Assembly: GCF_009914755.1 (NCBI RefSeq)
Contig: NC_060934.1
Length of the DNA stretch: 64,000 nt
Strand: one strand, 5' to 3'
Source: the human T2T-CHM13v2.0 reference genome, Homo sapiens
In this document: positions 57,869 through 64,000 of the stretch, piece by piece
Position numbering within the stretch: position 1 is the first letter of the stretch
Layout of the letters: each line of letters starts with the position of its first letter
The notes under the pieces: generated by a model
What the model was told of the DNA's origin: nothing
The model's input: only the letters and a program-made list of their open reading frames with translations
The model's database searches: none
Position numbers and translations under genes: made by a program

Positions 57869-59157
57869 GTCTTTTGAAAAATGTTTGTATCATCGATGTA
57901 AACCCATGTTATGAAATGATAAAACATTTTGCCAGTTTTTAAAAAATCATCACAGATATAATGAAACCTTTTTAGTAATATTGTGGACTAGATTCCCTTA
58001 CCTTCCTTTTGGTTGAAACCAGCTAAAATTGTTAGATAATATATTTAAACATATTCTTAAAAATCAATGATCTGGCAATAAATAAAAAATACTCCAGGTT
58101 AGGAGCTTCATGAAGGCAGAAATCCAGAGAAATAAGCCTAGCACTAAGCCAGTTTTCACCTTGAGTTTATTTGCCAAACTTTGTGAATCTGAGCTTTGGT
58201 TTCATGGTTTCCTGGGAGAAAGGAGACCAAGCTCCATGCCTGCCGAACAGAGACTCTTCCCCCATAAGGCTGATACCTCACATAGCTACAACCTCAGTGT
58301 AGGTTTCTGAAGAACCAGTCGTGTGGCTATTGAAATCACCAAGAATAAAGCAGGAGTTGCGTTGGGATGACAATGAATCAGATGTTACAATCGACGAAAA
58401 GTGAGTAAGTATCTGAAAGTGCCTATAGATGCCTGCAGAAAGGAAGGGCAGTGGGTTGCATGGTCCAATGGCATGAGATTCAAAGACAGGGGTCTGCAGG
58501 GAATTGGAGAGGAGGAGGATGGAATTAGAAACAGAAGGGGCCCAGGAGAGTAACCCTACTTTCAAACCTGCTGGTTCCAGGTCTGTGAGAGTGAAAACTA
58601 GCCAGCAACCAGCTGCATAGATTTCAGAGAAGCAGAGTGCCGAGGAAAAGCCAGGTTTGAATTAATGCAAGAAGAAGTGCATTTTCAGAAAAGACACTGG
58701 GGATGTGGGGAATTTAGGTGAAGACTGCCCAGTGGAAAGGCTTCAGGAGTAGAAGATGGATGGGGCTGGAGTGTGCACAAAGCCTTATGGGAGTAAGAGT
58801 CTGTGTGGTGAGGGGTGGTCTGGGAGTCTGGGGCTTCTTGTGATGAGGACACACAAGGAGATGAAGAGAACGAGAGTAATTAGTCCCTAAGGAAGAAGCC
58901 AATGTCTTGTTAATAGGCATCTACTAAACATGCAGTGAAAGGGTTTAGTCACTCTATTGACAAGACATTTACTTCCCACAAATTCTTCCATTCTCTCCAC
59001 CCACCATCAGACATATAGAGACATTAAAAATTGGAAAATAATTGTCTTCTCACCTATAAAACTCAATAAGATCACAGTCATCATTATTTCAAGGCAATTA
59101 ACAGGGATAATATCCTGCCTTTCAGTAACTAGATTACTTCCAAGAACTAACTGTAAG

Positions 59158-59528
59158 GTATTTTGTTTTTTATTTTTTATTTTCATAGGTTTTTGGGGAA
59201 CAGGTGGTATTTGGTTACATGATTAAGTCCTTTAGTGGTGATTTGTGAGATTTTGGTGCACCCATCACCCGAGCAGTGTACACTGAACCTGATTTGTAGA
59301 CTTTTAACCCTTACACCCTTCCCACCATTTCTTCCTGAGTTCCCACAGCCCATTGTATCATTCTTATGCCTTTGCATCCTCATAGCTTAGCCCCTGCTTA
59401 TGAGTGAGAACACATGATGATTGGTTTTCCATTCCTGAGTTACTTCACTTAGAATGATAGTCTCTAATTCCATCCAGGTTGCTGTGAATGCCATTAATTC
59501 ATTCCTTTTTATGGCTGAGTAGCATTCC

Positions 59529-59575
<47 letters not shown>

Positions 59576-59711
59576 ATATATATATATATATATCACAGTT
59601 TCTTTACCACTAGTTGACTGATGGGCATTTGGGCTGGTTCTACATTTTTGCAATTGTGAATTGTGCTGCTAGAAACATGTGTGTGCAAGTATCTTTTTCG
59701 TATAATGACTG
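59158..59711 (-). mobile_element. 5'-truncated L1PB-type element with an internal (TG)n(TA)n microsatellite (59532-59593)
   Basis: Perfect 17-bp TSD CAAGAACTAACTGTAAG at 59141-59157 and 59712-59728. L1 3'UTR/ORF2-end reverse complement (ORF 59387..59653 ends ...MELETIILSEVTQEWK). Confidence 0.9.
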
Positions 59712-60223
59712 CAAGAACTAACTGTAAGTTAATTGGAGATTCCAACTTAAGCCTGGGAATATAGTCCTACAAGTATCCAGCCCCATTCCTGAAGTGATCC
59801 CATCAAACATGTTTCAATTATTATTTTACTATTCTGAATTAAATTGAATTCTTCCTTAGCCTCTTTAAGTAAAATGTAAATCTGATTTTGAAGAAACGAG
59901 ATGCATTCTCAAAGACAAACTAAAATATATATGTCAGGTAGACGGTAAGATCTCCACAGGTGGGAGAGCAATGACTGGAAAAGATGTGTTCCTATAATGC
60001 ACAAGCTTGGAATGAATTCCAGACAAGGGAGGTACAATGTGATCTTTTAGTCTTTTCATGACTCAGCAGATCTTCAAGTACTTACATTGCTTCATTCGTG
60101 CCTCTCTAGCTACTGCCCTTTGATTCTGTGGAGAAATGTTAAATGGAAAGGAAGCAACAAGAAAAATAAAGAGGTTTGAGTAAACACAGCTTGGCTATGT
60201 TGTATTTCAAGAATACCTAAGGG

Positions 60224-60588
<365 letters not shown>

Positions 60589-61661
60589 TTAGAAATATTG
60601 ATTGCTGGCAAAAATGAGTGCCTTTTGAGTTGTTGGAACAAAAGGAGTATTTATACCAACTTATTTGAAAATGTCTTAATCACTAAGTATATTAAATATG
60701 GGAAACTGAAAGGTTTGCTTGGATATAGTGCAGGTGGAAAACTGGAAATATGTAAATAAATCTTAGGCTCAGAATTCACCTCAACCTTAGGGTGTCCAGA
60801 TCATACAACTATGGATATAAAATCTGCCGATCATCACATTTGAAAGAAAGGGAGAAAGTAAGCGTTTTTTTAAAACTGAGTGACAAATCCAGACAGACAG
60901 AAAAAATATGACAAGAATACAATTAGCAAAAATGTAAACGAATCTGATCAAACATAGCAATTTGTTGAGAGATTTTTTTAATTTTCCACATCAAAAGTTA
61001 TGTTAACATTGCCCTGAAGGGTCTCCACTAGAGATAGCTAAATTGGTAATATATGAATTCAGTAAGTACTAGACATGCCATGATGGTCTATGGCATGAAT
61101 TCCTGATGTTTTTGAATCATGAACCCCTTTGAGATTGACATTAGTGCTATGAGGCCCTCTCTAAGAGAAAGGATATAAACAAAATATTTCAATGCACCAA
61201 ATATTAATTTTCTTCATGTAGCTGAGATGAAAGCAAGTTTTTGGTTTTGTTTCATTTTATGATTTTCAAAACATCGGTAATAAAATGAAGACAGGTATCC
61301 TGTGCCTACTTCACAGAGTCCTAGAAGCTGAGTCATAGACCTCAGAGGGTCATAGAATCACAGGTTTAGAACTTTTGATCCTGGGATAAGTTTTGATTTG
61401 AAACTACAAAGGAGCTCAAGTTCAGAGAGAAAGACCTCCTTCATTCTCAAAGCCACCATATATATATATATATATTTTAATGGCCAAGGACACACAGAGG
61501 AGAGGGAGCTCATTGAAGAATCAATGAATCAGATTCCTCTATTCCCTTCTGAAATTCATCTGGGCAATCTTTCTCTATGAAAACGAATACTACAATGAAT
61601 ATCCTTGCCTGCACACATTCACACACTGGACTAATTACTTTTTTAATGTGAACTCTTGAAG

Positions 61662-62270
<609 letters not shown>

Positions 62271-63554
62271 AAAGAAGACATTTTTAATCAAAGAGTGGGT
62301 GCATCTTTAAAGTTTTTAGTACACATGGCCAAATTTCCCCACAGAAAACCTGTATCAATTTGTACTCAGATAAGCAGAGTACAAATTGATACAGATTTGA
62401 ACTCTGTGCAGGGATTGCCCCCACCTCCCAAATCATCACCAACACTTCCTTGACCTTATTTTATTGCTTTTTAAAAGTTAATTCATATATCTTATTCATG
62501 TAAGTATCTGTTTATCATTCATTTAATATAAAAGAGTAAGTCTAGGAGATCCCAGGTCATGGAACCCTTGACAAACCAAGGTGGCTAGTTTTGACTTTAA
62601 AACTCCTAAGAAAAATTAATGAGACACTGGGGAGCATGGGCACTAGGAAAAAAAAACATTAAATGGGACAATCTATATTAGAAAATGAAAAATCAATACC
62701 CCAGGCAGACTAAGACTTAAACATAAGCCTAGAACTATCCTCAAAGAGATAAAGACAGGTATTGAAAACATGAGGCAAGAAGAAAAAGTTACAGAAGGGA
62801 GATCAACTGGTGACACAGGGCATGAAAAATATCATAGTTGCAGGAATGCATTCGCCAGAATAAATTAAAGAGCAAAGTGGGAATGAAGAACCAACCAGTG
62901 GCCTTGAAGGATAAAAGATAAAAGAATGAAAGAAAAGTTAAGAGACATGGATGACAGACATCAAAACTGAGTGGAAGGCACCTGAGAGTGGACAACAATG
63001 TCACTTACTCATGATGATGTGTCAAGTCTAGAATAGGAACTCAGCAAAAGCATGCTCCCAGCTACTATTTCTTTTGGGAAAGTGGAAACCACTATATATA
63101 TTCATATATGTGTGTATATATATATATATTCAAATATGTATATAAATATTCAATATATAAATATATCTGTATATATATTCATTTCTGTGTTTTACTGAGT
63201 TTCCTTATAAAAGTGTTCCAGATGGTGACAAGAAATTCCAAAATATATTTTATTCAATATAATTTTCAAAACTATACTGTTTACCTCTTAAGTAAGAAAA
63301 CCCAGATTGCAGGCTTCTTCTTTAATGTGCTGTCATGAAATCAAGTGTATTTTTAACATGTTCTGAACAGAGTAATTTATAAAGAGATAGGATATAATTT
63401 GAAGATTGGGATAAACATCATCCTAAAGATAAAACAAGAGAAAAGATGTCTTGTTGGCTAAATAAAAAACATTGTACAAATTGTTTCTCATTTGGTAGCA
63501 TCTATTTGATGAATATAAATATGCTGGGTTTTTTCTTAAAAAATAAAAAGGACT

Positions 63555-63954
63555 TGCTAAAAGAAAAACTTTAGCTGAATTAAATTTAAAGCAGTTTAAT
63601 TCAGCAAAGAACAATTTGCAAATCAGGCAGCCTCCTGAGCCACAGAAGGCTCAGAGACTCCAGCAGAGACATATGGTGGAAGAAGATTTATGGACAGAAA
63701 AAGGGAAGTGATGTACAGAAAATGGAAGTGAGTTACAGACACAGCCGGATTGGTTACAGCTCAGCGTTTGCCTTATTTGAACAAAGTTTGAACAGTTAGC
63801 CACTTTTGATTGGCCAAAACTTGGTGATTAGCACAGAATAGATTACAGTCTGTTTATAACTCCATTTAGATCATAGTTCACAATGTACGGAGAAATCTTT
63901 AGGCTGAACTTAAAATATATACGGAGGCAGTTTTAGGATAAACTTGATTTACCA
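63555..63954 (-). mobile_element. Solo ERV1 LTR (MER57-like)
   Basis: TG...CA termini with a perfect TSD GACT (63551-63554, 63955-63958). tttaggctgaacttaaaatat and ggaggcagttttagg match recalled MER57. Confidence 0.82.
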
Positions 63955-64000
63955 GACTTTCCAGACAAGAGTTTTTTTTTTAAAATACTGTCTATAGGTT

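Overview
This is human (primate) genomic DNA holding the 3' half of GAD2 (glutamate decarboxylase 65, GAD65) on the + strand. Eight coding exons (9-16 by my recall of the standard numbering; residues ~307-585) were read directly. All have GT-AG boundaries and join in frame, covering the HVD motif, the NPHK PLP-lysine, the catalytic loop and the C-terminus ...[14 protein letters not shown]. The ~3.8 kb 3'UTR contains an optional ~3.26 kb intron (37519-40775), a non-coding terminal exon (40776-~41300), several poly(A) signals and a 53-bp purine minisatellite. The last ~23 kb is intergenic and repeat-dense: more than 20 Alus across the window, solo ERV1/MaLR LTRs, L1 3' ends, L2/MIR/L3 and MER DNA elements. 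Non-GAD2 ORFs in the track are repeat-derived or chance. I found no convincing new multi-gene system. The best leads are (1) a YAG|GT site 34 nt after the stop that looks like both an acceptor and a donor, (2) the 3'UTR intron acting as an NMD-safe switch for a G4-forming VNTR and internal poly(A) sites, (3) two short templated local duplications inserted into ancient LINEs, (4) a perfect 15-bp hairpin, (5) nested and chimeric Alus, and (6) an LTR cluster plus motif clusters downstream. Repeat subfamily names come from recalled consensus features, not from a database search.
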